64,000 nt of DNA from Ranitomeya imitator. Lineage: Eukaryota. The DNA lies in contig NC_091284.1 of NCBI RefSeq assembly GCF_032444005.1, positions 826,522,001-826,586,000 of the forward strand, in the 5' to 3' direction. Positions within the stretch are counted from its first letter, which is position 1. Each line of letters opens with the position of its first letter. The translations under genes were made by a program, and so were the position numbers. This document shows positions 41,801-52,800 of the stretch, one piece after another. Below the pieces are notes generated by a model that was given only the letters and a program-made list of their open reading frames with translations, had not been told where the DNA came from and made no database searches.

Positions 41801-44078
41801 TAAAGCAGCAAAAATGCAATGTGAACATAGCCTAAAGCTTCACTTTGGCTGTCAGTCCATCAGACTGAGTTTAAGAACGCAGCAGTCGTTCAAAACGCGT
41901 CCGGTTTCACCTCCTTGCACCCCTTGTCCTCCATCATGCCTGGGAATATTTTATAGTGTTGCCATATCTATATTAATCATGACATAAAGGATTTGATTTT
42001 ATGGATAGAAGCTGGACTCCTTCACAGGCAATATCAACATCCAGCAGAGACGAGACTCCGACTTCTCCGCACTAGAAACTTACTTGTTTTCAATCAAGGG
42101 TGAGCTGAATTGTGTTGTTGCCGTATTTGACAGACGGAGCCCCCCTCCCCCCTTGGTCTAACTGCTTAGGTGCTGCGGTTCCCAGTTGTCACAGCACTGA
42201 ACAACAGCCGGGATGACACATCTGACACCCGCTGCTGGTGACGCTCCAGGGTCCGTGCTGTGCTCGTACTGATGGAGCTGCACGTTCCCCCCCCCCCCCC
42301 GACACGTCCTGTCTGAGTGACCCCCAATTATGCAAAGAGATGCGTTGAAGACTTACTGGCGGAGCAGCGCAGCTCCATTCCACTAACCACCTTCTCATCT
42401 GCCGAACAGTCCCACGTGAAGATCACGGCGTCCTCACACTTTATGGGAACCTGCAGAGGACAGGATGCACGCGTTCAGTAGCGGACCTCAATGCATACAG
42501 AAAACAACAACTCTGCCCAAAATACGGCTCACCTGAACAGACGTAAAACATCCCACTGCTGGGGGTTTGTTGCTATTGCATCATGTCTCTATGTCCTGCA
42601 CCTAGACCTTTATACCAATTCATCGGTGCTGGTAAGTCTACTTTATACCAATTCATCGGTGCTGGTCAGTCTACTTTATACCAATTCATCTGTGCTGGTC
42701 AGTCTACTTTATACCAATTCATCGGTGCTGGTCAGTCTACTTTATACCAATGCATCGGTGCTGGTCAGTCTGGACTGGATACAACTGCAGCAAACCCTCA
42801 GCTGTTAGGTCAGGACAACGTTTCAGTCTCCGGATTTAAATTAAAGAAAAAAGTTCCATTCACTGAGAGCAAGCGGAGATCCTGAACGTGACGACAAAAC
42901 TGAAACATGAGAAAGTTGTAGAACTTCTCATTATACGAGGGTCCTCCCCCTATAATAAAAGGGACGCACATTTTCGGTATAAGTATTCTCCGCAGGTGCT
43001 GGGATCCTCCGGGCAGGATTCTCTGCAGTTACAGGTGCTGGAGGAGACTCCCCCGTCATTAGACTCGGACCCTCAGTACGTGTGTCTGACGCATGGCGTC
43101 CTTTCTTCTCCGTGATGCAGGGGTCCCCTGATTTTCTCATAACAACATAATCCTAAAAGTAAAAGGTACAGTATTAATGTCCAGTGATCACAATGATATT
43201 CATAAGATCCTTCAACGGAAAGAAAAGGGTTAATTAAAAAAAAAAAAAGGTTCTTTAATGGCTTTTTCTCCACTGGACCCAATGATCATGTGATCGCTAT
43301 GTATAGGGAGGAAGCAGAAACTGTGGGGTCCTAGAATATCCAGACAGGAGGCTGAATTTCCCCTGTAACTGGGGCAGAAATGCTCGGCCCGGTTACAGGG
43401 GATATCAAATTAGAAAACAATAAATTCAGCGTTGAAATGTCCCCCCAAAAAGGTTTTTAAGTCCCTTTATGAGATTTGACCCTGCGATCCATCAATCCCC
43501 CATACTTTATACTGCAGCTCTTTGGTGTATAGTGTGAGAGGACCGATCTCCTATGAAGCCCGAGCCTCGCTGTACTGACATGACTGCGCTGAGCATGGGG
43601 CCGATAGACACAGACTAGGCCATCCCCGCCATGTTGGAACCTTGGGGATCCATTGTCACGGCTGAACTAGCTCCGATTGTACCGGCTGCCGTGGTGTACG
43701 GAGGGTGCTCTGCTCCGGACAAGCTGCAAACGTATGGCGGATGTCAGCAAGGGGTTAAAGAGCATCGCACAGTGCCAGTCAGGGGCTGGGAAATATCTTC
43801 ACATCTTTATCCCTAGGAGAACCCTCTCAGCCAATCAGCAGAACCGACAGACATCACATGACACATGTAGTGTTTCTAAAGAGTCAGGGGGGAGGGGCTT
43901 ATTCCTCTGGCTCCTGATTGGAGGATGCAGAAAGTGAAAATGGCATGGTATCTCCCACCTCTCCGGTCAGCAGACAGATGATCTCCAGGGTCAGGTTCAG
44001 GAGCTTGTCTATGATCACATCCTTGTTCCTGTCAATCATCAGCGAGTGTCGGACGTGATCCATAAAGGGGATTTCCAT
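35284..44078 (-). CDS. C2H2 zinc-finger protein, paralogue of gene 1 with a degenerate KRAB box, ~419 aa
   Basis: Minus-strand exons 44078-43959 (MEIPF...LLNLTLEIICLLTGE), 43152-42970 (DYVVMRKSG...), 42450-42357 (VPIKCEDAVIFTW...), 39395-39325, 39176-39095 (..QCKEE..), 37639-37539, 37465-37396 (..PCKEE..), 35822-35284. GT-AG, phases consistent, 1260 nt in total. Five C2H2 fingers with SEEKP/TGEKP/SGEKP/TGERP linkers. Confidence 0.82.
35976..36567 (+). mobile_element. 5' fragment of a Tc1 element in the last intron of ZNF gene 2
   Basis: TA|CAGTGGGTACAGAAAGTATTCAC TIR; transposase N-terminus MRPKELAEELRDRIVARHRSG..KWKKFG..GRPTKLS. Confidence 0.85.
40244..41832. mobile_element. Harbinger-type MITE with an internally expanded A-rich ~24-bp repeat
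   Basis: GGCCGTGTTCAC ... GTGAACATAGCC|TAA termini (left flank TGA); AAAGACAAAGCGGAAAAAGGCAGC-like units over ~40625-41765. Confidence 0.7.
42607..42770. repeat. 33-bp tandem repeat (~5 copies)
   Basis: Unit TTTATACCAATTCATCGGTGCTGGTCAGTCTAC. Confidence 0.9.
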
Positions 44079-44159
44079 CTTCAATGGTCAATGTCGGCTG
44101 CGGGACGGAGCAAAAAAACCAAAAAGTAATGAACTACGAGACTGGGGACAGGAAGCCGC

Positions 44160-46830
44160 CTTAAGGGATCTTTCCCCTGCGGCAACTGTAATGTGTGCCC
44201 CTATATGATTGCCACTGATCTACTAACGCTCTCGGTTTTTCCAGATGGAATTGAAAGGAGAATATATTCCAACTGCTGATCCAGGAATGTGATCTACCTA
44301 CTCATTTGTTCATGCCCGAAGATATATGTTGGACAAACAAGTCAGGAAGTCAGACGAAGGATTCAGCAACATATATCAAACATTGGCAAGGCTAAAGGGG
44401 ATACGGAAAAGGATAGACCTATTTCATCAGTCGCATCCTTTTTTTTGGAAAACCATGAGAGCCATGATTGTGGACCAAGTGTTGGGCGGTATTCGTGGTG
44501 GTGATTGTGGACCAAGTGTTGGGCGGTATTCGTGGTGGTGATTGTGGACCAAATGTTGGGCAGTATTTGTGGTGGTGATTGTGGACCAAGTGTTGGGCGG
44601 TATTCGTGGTGGTGATTGTGGACCAAATGTTGGGCAGTATTTGTGGTGGTGATTGTGGACCAAGTGTTGGGCGGTATTCGTGGTGGTGATTGTGGACCAA
44701 GTGTTGGGCGGTATTCGTGGTGGTGACTGTGGACCAAGTGTTGGGCGGTATTCGTGGTGGTGATTGTGGACCAAGTGTTGGGCGGTATTCGTGGTGGTGA
44801 TTGTGGACCAAGTGTTGGGCGGTATTCGTGGTGGTGATTGTGGACCAAGTGTTGGGCGGTATTCGTGATGGTGATTGTGGACCAAGTGTTGGGCGCTATT
44901 CGTGGTGGTGATTGTGGACCAAGTGTTGGGCGGTATTCGTGGTGGTGATTGTGGACCAAGTGTTGGGCGCTATTCGTGGTGGTGATTGTGGACCAAGTGT
45001 TGGGCGGTATTCGTGGTGGTGATTGTGGACCAAGTGTTGGGCGGTATTCGTGGTGGTGATTGTGGACCAAGTGTTGGGCGGTATTCGTGATGGTGATTGT
45101 GGACCAAGTGTTGGGCGGTATTCGTGGTGGTGATTGTGGACCAAGTGTTGGGCGGTATTCGTGGTGGTGATTGTGGACCAAGTGTTGGGCGGTATTCGTG
45201 GTGGTGATTGTGGACCAAGTGTTGGGCGGTATTCGTGGTGGTGACTGTGGACCAAATGTTGGGCGGTATTTGTGGTGGTGATTGTGGACCAAGTGTTGGG
45301 CGGTATTTGTGGTGGTGATTGTGGACCAAGTGTTGGGCGGTATTCGTGGTGGTGATTGTGGACCAAGTGTTGGGCGGTATTCGTGGTGGTGACTGTGGAC
45401 CAAGTGTTGGGCGGTATTCGTGGTGGTGATTGTGGACCAAGTGTTGGGCGGTATTCGTGATGGTGATTGTGGACCAAGTGTTGGGCGCTATTCGTGGTGG
45501 TGATTGTGGACCAAGTGTTGGGCGGTATTCGTGGTGGTGATTGTGGACCAAGTGTTGGGCGCTATTCATGGTGGTGATTGTGGACCAAGTGTTGGGCGGT
45601 ATTCGTGGTGGTGATTGTGGACCAAGTGTTGGGCGGTATTCGTGGTGGTGATTGTGGACCAAGTGTTGGGCGGTATTCGTGGTGGTGATTGTGGACCAAG
45701 TGTTGGGCGGTATTCGTGATGGTGATTGTGGACCAAGTGTTGGGCGGTATTCGTGGTGGTGACTGTGGACCAAATGTTGGGCAGTATTTGTGGTGGTGAT
45801 TGTGGACCAAGTGTTGGGCGGTATTTGTGGTGGTGATTGTGGACCAAGTGTTGGGCGGTATTCGTGGTGGTGATTGTGGACCAAGTGTTGGGCGGTATTC
45901 GTGGTGGTGACTGTGGACCAAGTGTTGGGCGGTATTCGTGGTGGTGATTGTGGACCAAGTGTTGGGCGGTATTCGTGATGGTGATTGTGGACCAAGTGTT
46001 GGGCGCTATTCGTGGTGGTGATTGTGGACCAAGTGTTGGGCGGTATTCGTGGTGGTGATTGTGGACCAAGTGTTGGGCGCTATTCGTGGTGGTGATTGTG
46101 GACCAAGTGTTGGGCGGTATTCGTGGTGGTGATTGTGGACCAAGTGTTGGGCGGTATTCGTGGTGGTGATTGTGGACCAAGTGTTGGGCGGTATTCGTGA
46201 TGGTGATTGTGGACCAAGTGTTGGGCGCTATTTGTGGTGGTGATTGTGGACCAAGTGTTGGGCGGTATTCGTGGTGGTGATTGTGGACCAAGTGTTGGGC
46301 GGTATTCGTGGTGGTGATTGTGGACCAAGTGTTGGGCGGTATTTGTGGTGGTGATTGTGGACCAAGTGTTGGGCGGTATTTGTGGTGGTGATTGTGGACC
46401 AAGTGTTGGGCGGTATTCGTGGTGGTGATTGTGGACCAAGTGTTGGGCGGTATTCGTGGTGGTGACTGTGGACCAAGTGTTGGGCGGTATTCGTGGTGGT
46501 GATTGTGGACCAAGTGTTGGGCGGTATTCGTGGTGTTGACTGTGGACCAAGTGTTGGGCGGTATTCGTGGTGGTGATTGTGGACCAAGTGTTGGGCGGTA
46601 TTCGTGGTGGTGATTGTGGACCAAGTGTTGGGCGGTATTCGTGGTGGTGACTGTGGACCAAGTGTTGGGCGGTATTCGTGGTGGTGACTGTGGACCAAGT
46701 GTTGGGCGGTATTCGTGGTGGTGACCAGACTAAGGAACTACTACTACGTCGGGAATCCCGCTGGATCTTCGATTTGAATAGCACGTCACCTAATGGACTC
46801 CACGAGGAGCTTCTTTTCTCTGGGTTCTAC
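44160..46830 (+). mobile_element. Penelope-like element 3' fragment (GIY-YIG endonuclease) split by a minisatellite
   Basis: GSFPCGNCNVC...NVIYLLICSCPKIYVGQT..RRRIQQHISNI lies before the array; LLLRRESRWIFDLNSTSPNGL follows it. Confidence 0.85.
44466..46723. repeat. 37-bp minisatellite (~61 copies)
   Basis: Unit GTGGTGGTGATTGTGGACCAAGTGTTGGGCGGTATTC, very homogeneous. Confidence 0.97.
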
Positions 46831-47763
46831 GGCTGATCCGTATCCTGTACTAGTTGTCCCTGAGAAGGCTATGGTTCGGCCATTTCTGACTATAGTGGTC
46901 AATGAACATTGACAGGATTTCAGCTGATGGGACATTGCTTGTGGGTTTAAATACCAATTTATTCTGTTATCCCAACTATATAGTCTTTATATGGGACTTG
47001 TCGAGCTCTTTTGGGCTATTTTGGTCTTACCCTCATTCTATTTGGATGCTGTGTTCGGCTAGGGGTCTGTTACCATAATATTCACAGTACCATACGTCAC
47101 GAATATTTTGATTATGAAATCTAATTTTGAAATGAATATTAATAACAATGTTTCGATGCCGTGTGCTGTGTTGTGCTGGGGCGTTAGTATACAATATCAC
47201 AGTACCATACGCCATAAATATAGAAAAGTGATAATAACAACTATCTTTCCTGCATAGGTGCTGATATATGGATATTTATACTTTACAACCTTTTTGTGTT
47301 GACAGCTCGTGCCTATGTGGTCTTTATCCGCGTCGATATATTGATACTTATGTCCCATCTTTTGGACTATGGTATCAAACCCAAAGTAAGGTCTGAAAGG
47401 CTCCATATTTGCCAAATGTTGGGATGTCATTTCTATCTTATCCTTCTACATATCGGTTGGCAGCGATATCCGACGTGTGTGACATCATTCTATGGAGATG
47501 TGATCTACGGGAAACCAGATGTATATTACGTTTAAATGTCAAAAGCTTCTTTGCTCGGGATAAGGTCATGATCTTTGGCGATCATTTATTATCTATGTTT
47601 ATTTTTCTGTATATATTCTTGTACAATAGATTTTTTTTTTTTGGTTTGCCAATTCATCCCTGCATGTTCAAAAGATCATGACTTTATTTCTGTATTTGTT
47701 TCTTTCTCTTTGGTACATAATTGTAGGTACTTACTCATTTGGTCGGTGTTGGACATATTAGAT

Positions 47764-47949
47764 CAGGGGTCCCCAACTCCAGGCCTCGAGGGCCGCCAAC
47801 AGTGCAGGTTTTCAGGATTTCTTTAGTATTGCATCGGTGGTAATGTGATCATCTGCACAGGTGATGATTCCAACCCCTGTGCAATACTAAGGAAATCCTG
47901 AAAACCTGCACTGTTGGCGGCCCTCGAGGCCTGGAGTTGGGGGCCACTG
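47764..47949. mobile_element. hAT-family palindromic MITE
   Basis: CAGGGGTCCCCAAC ... GTTGGGGGCCACTG with a perfect 8-bp target duplication TATTAGAT (47756-47763 and 47950-47957). Confidence 0.9.
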
Positions 47950-49359
47950 TATTAGATGATGATGTAGCATTAGCGCTCCAGCTTTCTGTGTGCACGAGAA
48001 GCGCTTAGGATCACTGCGCTCCCTTCAGTGCGGTGCTGTGTGTTGCGCATGCGCCGGTGTTTTCTTCTACGCCTGCGCAGTAGTGATTACCTTGGCCGGC
48101 CATAAGTTGCTGGCGTACGCCGCTCTTTCGACCTCGCGCATGCGCAGTAGCCATCTAACACAACTTTATTGTTCAGTCCGGGCTTGGGCATTCACAAGAT
48201 TGTGCTCCATGTGCGCAGTTGTTTCTTTACGCAGGCGAACGCTTCCTATCATTATGAGAGCTATATATATAACTGTGAAGGACGCCTAACATAACATGCT
48301 GCTCTTTTCCCTGAGGAAGCCGCGACTTGGGCGGCGACGCGCGTGGGAACCTATCCCACATCCTGTCTCCCCACGTCACCTGACTTGATGCAGCAGCTTT
48401 TGGACTGTTGGGATGAGGGGGCTTTGGTTTGAGGATTGGGTTCTCTTATTTTTTCGTTCCCTCTCCAGAGTTCTAACTTTTTTACTTTTCATTTTTTGTC
48501 ATGTGCCTGATGTCTTGAACTGCTCAATATCATTATGCTGGAATTCTGCTCCGTATTGCTGGGTCTGTATGGTGCGGTGACAGTGACACCACCACGCACA
48601 TTGCATGATGGGCTTTGAGCCTTTGTATTCTGCAGTAACATCTTCATAGTGGGCTACACACGGTTTGTGGGTTCTCATCGCCCCCATATTAGGGCATGAC
48701 ATGCTGGATAGGTATTTTTTTGCACATTTGCAATTTTTAAGTGTTTTTAATTGTTTTGTTTTCCACATGTTCCTTTTTTTTTTAGGTTTGCTAATAAGAT
48801 ACAATTTCGATATTCCTATATGTGGAGGTGTTCCTCTATATGTGGGCATGATCTTTACCGTCACTCTCATTTCTGACCTGTCCCGACCACAGCGCTCAGA
48901 CGGACATAGACATTTGTTCATTTCGAGGGCATCTCCAAAATCAATACACGTCAGCTTTGTCAGATAACATAAAGCGAGACATTATTACTTCTAACGGCGG
49001 ATTCACTATATTTCTCTTTATTGCCCATATATGGCTTATAAAAAGCCATTTAATTAGACTGAGAATGACCTGAAGTGGCCCCGCCCATTGTAACAAGCAC
49101 AGCCAATCACAGCGCAGAATGCCAGGAGGAGCTCACGGCCATTGGCTACTTTGAACGTCAATCATTCCCTGTCTCCACAAACTGCTCATTCTCAGTAATA
49201 CAAACCACATGCGCAGGTTTTGGATAACTCCCGCCCCCTGCAGCCATAATATCAATATCTACGGCCGTCAGCCATCATTACCCCGCCCATGGGCATCCAT
49301 ACCGTGATCCCGGGGCAGCAGGGAGTATCAGCGGCACCGGATCACATTAGGATCTCTTG

Positions 49360-49820
49360 TACCTGCATTCGGCGCGCAAGGGCTGACGGAAGTTGTAGTC
49401 AGCTCTCAATACAAACTAAAGGAAAGTCAAACGAAAAGGACTACAGTTCCCAGAACGTCCACGTTACGCCCCGTCAGAAGATCGAAGTGGAACGTTTTTA
49501 TGCTGCTGCCACCTTTAGGCCGTGAGTGGAACTACAAGCGAGGAGGTACGAAGTGAGAATCACCGTGGCAACCGTGGTGTTTGTCTCCCGAGGTGCACCG
49601 CGGCCGGGCGTCCTTGGTAACAGCAGCGGGCAGAGCTGCCGGGATCGTCATGGGGCAGGATTATTACTCGGTGCTGGAGATAACCCGCAGCGCCGGGGAT
49701 GCCGACATTAAAAAAGCGTAAGAGTTATCAGCTATTGTGGGCGAGCTGTGGCAAAACTACAACTCCCAGCATGCCCCCACTGCTTGTGGCTATCTAGGCA
49801 TTCTGGGAGTTGTAGTTTTT
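49360..49820. promoter_or_regulatory. Bidirectional CpG promoter shared by DNAJB13 (+) and the - strand ZNF gene, with ZNF143/THAP11-type SBS motifs
   Basis: ACTACAGTTCCCAGAA at 49440-49455, GGAAGTTGTAGTC at 49388-49400, ACTACAACTCCCAGCATGC at 49756-49774 and its inverse at 49798-49816. Candidate minus-strand donor CAG|gtacaa at 49363 splices to the acceptor at 44097. Confidence 0.7.
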
Positions 49821-52800
49821 TGTATCACTTTTTGTGAAAGCGAAAAATGACAATTTGGATGTTTAGATATTTTTTTTCTTCACATTTTCTATAAATTGAA
49901 TTGAAATTTCCTTAGATTTTGCCAATTCTAGTGATCGTTATGTCACGCGCACTGCGCCTTATGCATCCTGCTGTGAGATCCGTCAGCAGCAGCTTGCTGA
50001 CGGTTTCCCGGTCGGGAGGGATTTCATTATCCTGCTCAGATTAGAGTAAAAAAACAAAAAAAATAATCAATGTAGATTCTAAAACTGCCGGATTTTCGGT
50101 CACTGACTACAGAGCCCCTTTTAATCCCCCCGTGTACATTTGTTTGGGGGGTCCAGGTACCGGAAGTGGGCACTGAAGTATCATCCGCTGAAAAATAAGG
50201 AGCCGTCCGCTCCGCACCGATTCTGCCAGATCGCCGAGGCCTACGATGTTCTCAGTGACCGTGAGTAAACCTGTGCCGCCTTCTCACAGCGGAGGGTTTG
50301 TTACAGTGGGACACAGCAGGAGACATGTTACCTGCGCCGATACATTGTCACAAACTACCAGGACAGGACGCCGATGATGCGTTTAGGATACAACGGTAAC
50401 AAACCTTCAGCTGCGAGTAATATCCGCGCGTGTTCACATGTGGAGTCTGCTGAATGTTGTGGTGAAGAGGCGACATGTCCCCCGTCCCCTCCTGTACTCA
50501 TCCTCCCTCGTCTCTGAGCAGCCAGGAAGAAGGCGACTTACGATAAGTTCGGAGAGGAGGGTCTGAAGGGCGGGATCCCGGCAGAATTCGGGGGTCCGGA
50601 CGCCTGGACATCGGGGTACGTGTATCACGGGAATCCGGACAAGACCTTCAAGGAGTTTTTTGGGGGAGATAATCCATTTGCAGGTAAGATCCGGTGACGG
50701 GTTGATCTGGCGGTGGGAGGGGGGTTGTGGATCGGGACCCCCCAGACCAGACACGTGATGGGGTCCTGGACCGGCCTCTTATCATTTGGGGCGCTCGTTG
50801 CACCCAGAATACAATTCGTCTCTGGTTTCTGTGAATTCCCGCCATCGGCTCAGGCGTTTCATTGTGTTTCTGCTCCAGACTTTTTCTCACCAGACGGGTC
50901 TGAAGTCAATACAGGATTTGGGGGTCTGCGAGGAAGAGGAGTGAAGAAACAGGACCCCCCGATCGAGCGAGATCTCTACGTCTCCCTGGAGGACTTGTAT
51001 TTTGGATGCATAAAGAAAATCAAAATTTCACGAAGGGTAAGAGGCGTCCTCCGGACTTGTGTAAAAAAATCTGCACGTTATACTGGATCATTATTACCCG
51101 CTCCTTCCCTCAGACCTCCAGGACACGGCACCTGCTCCCTCCCTCAAACCCTCAAGTCCCGGTACCTGCTTCCTCACTCTTTCCCTCAGGATCAGGCACC
51201 TGCTCCCTTCCTCAGACCCCCAGGACCGGGCACCTGCTGTCTCCCTCAAACACCACAGAGCGGGCACCTGCTCCCTCTCTCAGACCTCCCCGGAGGGGGC
51301 ACCTGCTCCCTCCCTCAGACGCCCAGGATCAGGCACCTGTGCTCTCCCTCAGACCTCCAGGATCAGGCACCTGCTCCCTCCCTCAGACCTCCAGGATCAG
51401 GCACCTGCTCCCTCCCTCAGACGCCCAGGATCAGGCACCTGCTTCCTCCCTCAGACCTCCAGGACAGGGCACCTGCTCTCTCCCTCAAGCCCCCCGAAGT
51501 GGACCCCTGCTCCGTCCCTCAGACCTCCAGGACTGAGCATCTGCTCTCTCCCTCAGACCCCGCAGAGCGGGCACCTGCTTCCTTCCTCAGACCCCCAGGA
51601 CAGGGCACTTGCTCCCTCTCTCAGACCACCCCGGAGGGGGCACCTGCTCCCTCCCTCAGACCCCCAGGATCAGGCACCTGCTCCATCCCTCAGACCCCTA
51701 GAACCAAGCATCTGCTCTCTCCCTCAGACCCCGCAGAGCGGGCACCTGCTTCCTTCCTCAGACCCCCAGGACAGGGCACCTGCTCCCTCCCTGAAGCCCC
51801 TCGGAGCGGGCACCTGCTCCTTCCCTCCCTCCCTCAGGCCCCCAGGTCCCGGCACCTGCTTCCTCACTCTGACTCCCAGTTCAGGCACCTGCTCCCTCCC
51901 TCAGACCTCCTGGACAGGGCACCTGCTCCCTCCCTCAGATCCCCAGGATAGGGCACCTACTTCCTCCCTCAGACCTCCTGGACAGGGCACCTGCTCCCTC
52001 CCTCAGACCTCCTGGACAGGGCACCTACTTCCTCCCTCAGATCCCCAGGATAGGGCACCTACTTCCTCCCTCAGACCTCCAGGATCAGGCACCTGCTCCC
52101 TCCCTCAGACGCCCAGGATCAGGCACCTGCTCCCTCCCTCAGACGCCCAGGATCAGGCACCTGCTTCCTCCCTCAGGGCTCCTGCTCTCTCCCTCAAGCC
52201 CCCCGAAGTGGACCCCTGCTCCGTCCCTCAGACCTCCAGGACTGAGCATCTGCTCTCTCCCTCAGACCCCGCAGAGCGGGCACCTGCTTCCTTCCTCAGA
52301 CCCCCAGGACAGGGCACTTGCTCCCTCTCTCAGACCTCCCCGGAGGGGGCACCTGCTCCCTCCCTCAGACCCCCAGGATCAGGCACTTGCTCCATCCCTC
52401 AGACCCCTAGAACCAAGCATCTGCTCTCTCCCTCAGACCCCGCAGAGCGGGCACCTGCTTCCTTCCTCAGACTCCCAGGACAGGGCACCTGCTCCCTCCC
52501 TGAAGCCCCTCGGAGCGGGCACCTGCTCCTTCCCTCCCTCCCTCAGGCCCCCAGGTCCCGGCACCTGCTTCCTCACTCTGACTCCCAGTTCAGGCACCTG
52601 CTCCCTCCCTCAGACCTCCTGGACAGGGCACCTGCTCCCTCCCTCAGATCCCCAGGATAGGGCACCTACTTCCTCCCTCAGACCTCCTGGACAGGGCACC
52701 TGCTCCCTCCCTCAGATCCCCAGGATAGGGCACCTACTTCCTCCCTCAGATCCCCAGGATAGGGCACCTACTTCCGCCCTCAGACCTCCAGGACAGGGCA

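Noticed and set aside
40502-41811. Histone-H1-like lysine-rich or hydrophobic membrane-like ORFs
   Set aside because: A-rich satellite inside a MITE within an intron.
41895-41945. Possible micro-exon SMMEDKGCKE and a nearby hammerhead-like AAAACGCGTC
   Set aside because: A 29-nt exon is not needed for frame and has a weak donor; the hammerhead core CUGAnGA/GAAA is not intact.
42840-42915. Possible second KRAB-like exon (VT-QDL..SV..W) on the minus strand
   Set aside because: Needs frameshifts to resemble KRAB and contains stops; the 42450-42357 exon fits the phases better.
44466-46723. CRISPR-like array (37-bp period)
   Set aside because: Units are contiguous with no unique spacers, there are no cas genes, and the context is eukaryotic.
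44363-46784. His-rich HNHHHEYRP repeat ORFs
   Set aside because: Antisense frames of the 37-bp array derived from Penelope.
48499-48967. 140-aa and 100-aa ORFs upstream of the bidirectional promoter
   Set aside because: No recognisable motif or splice structure; probably decayed repeat sequence.
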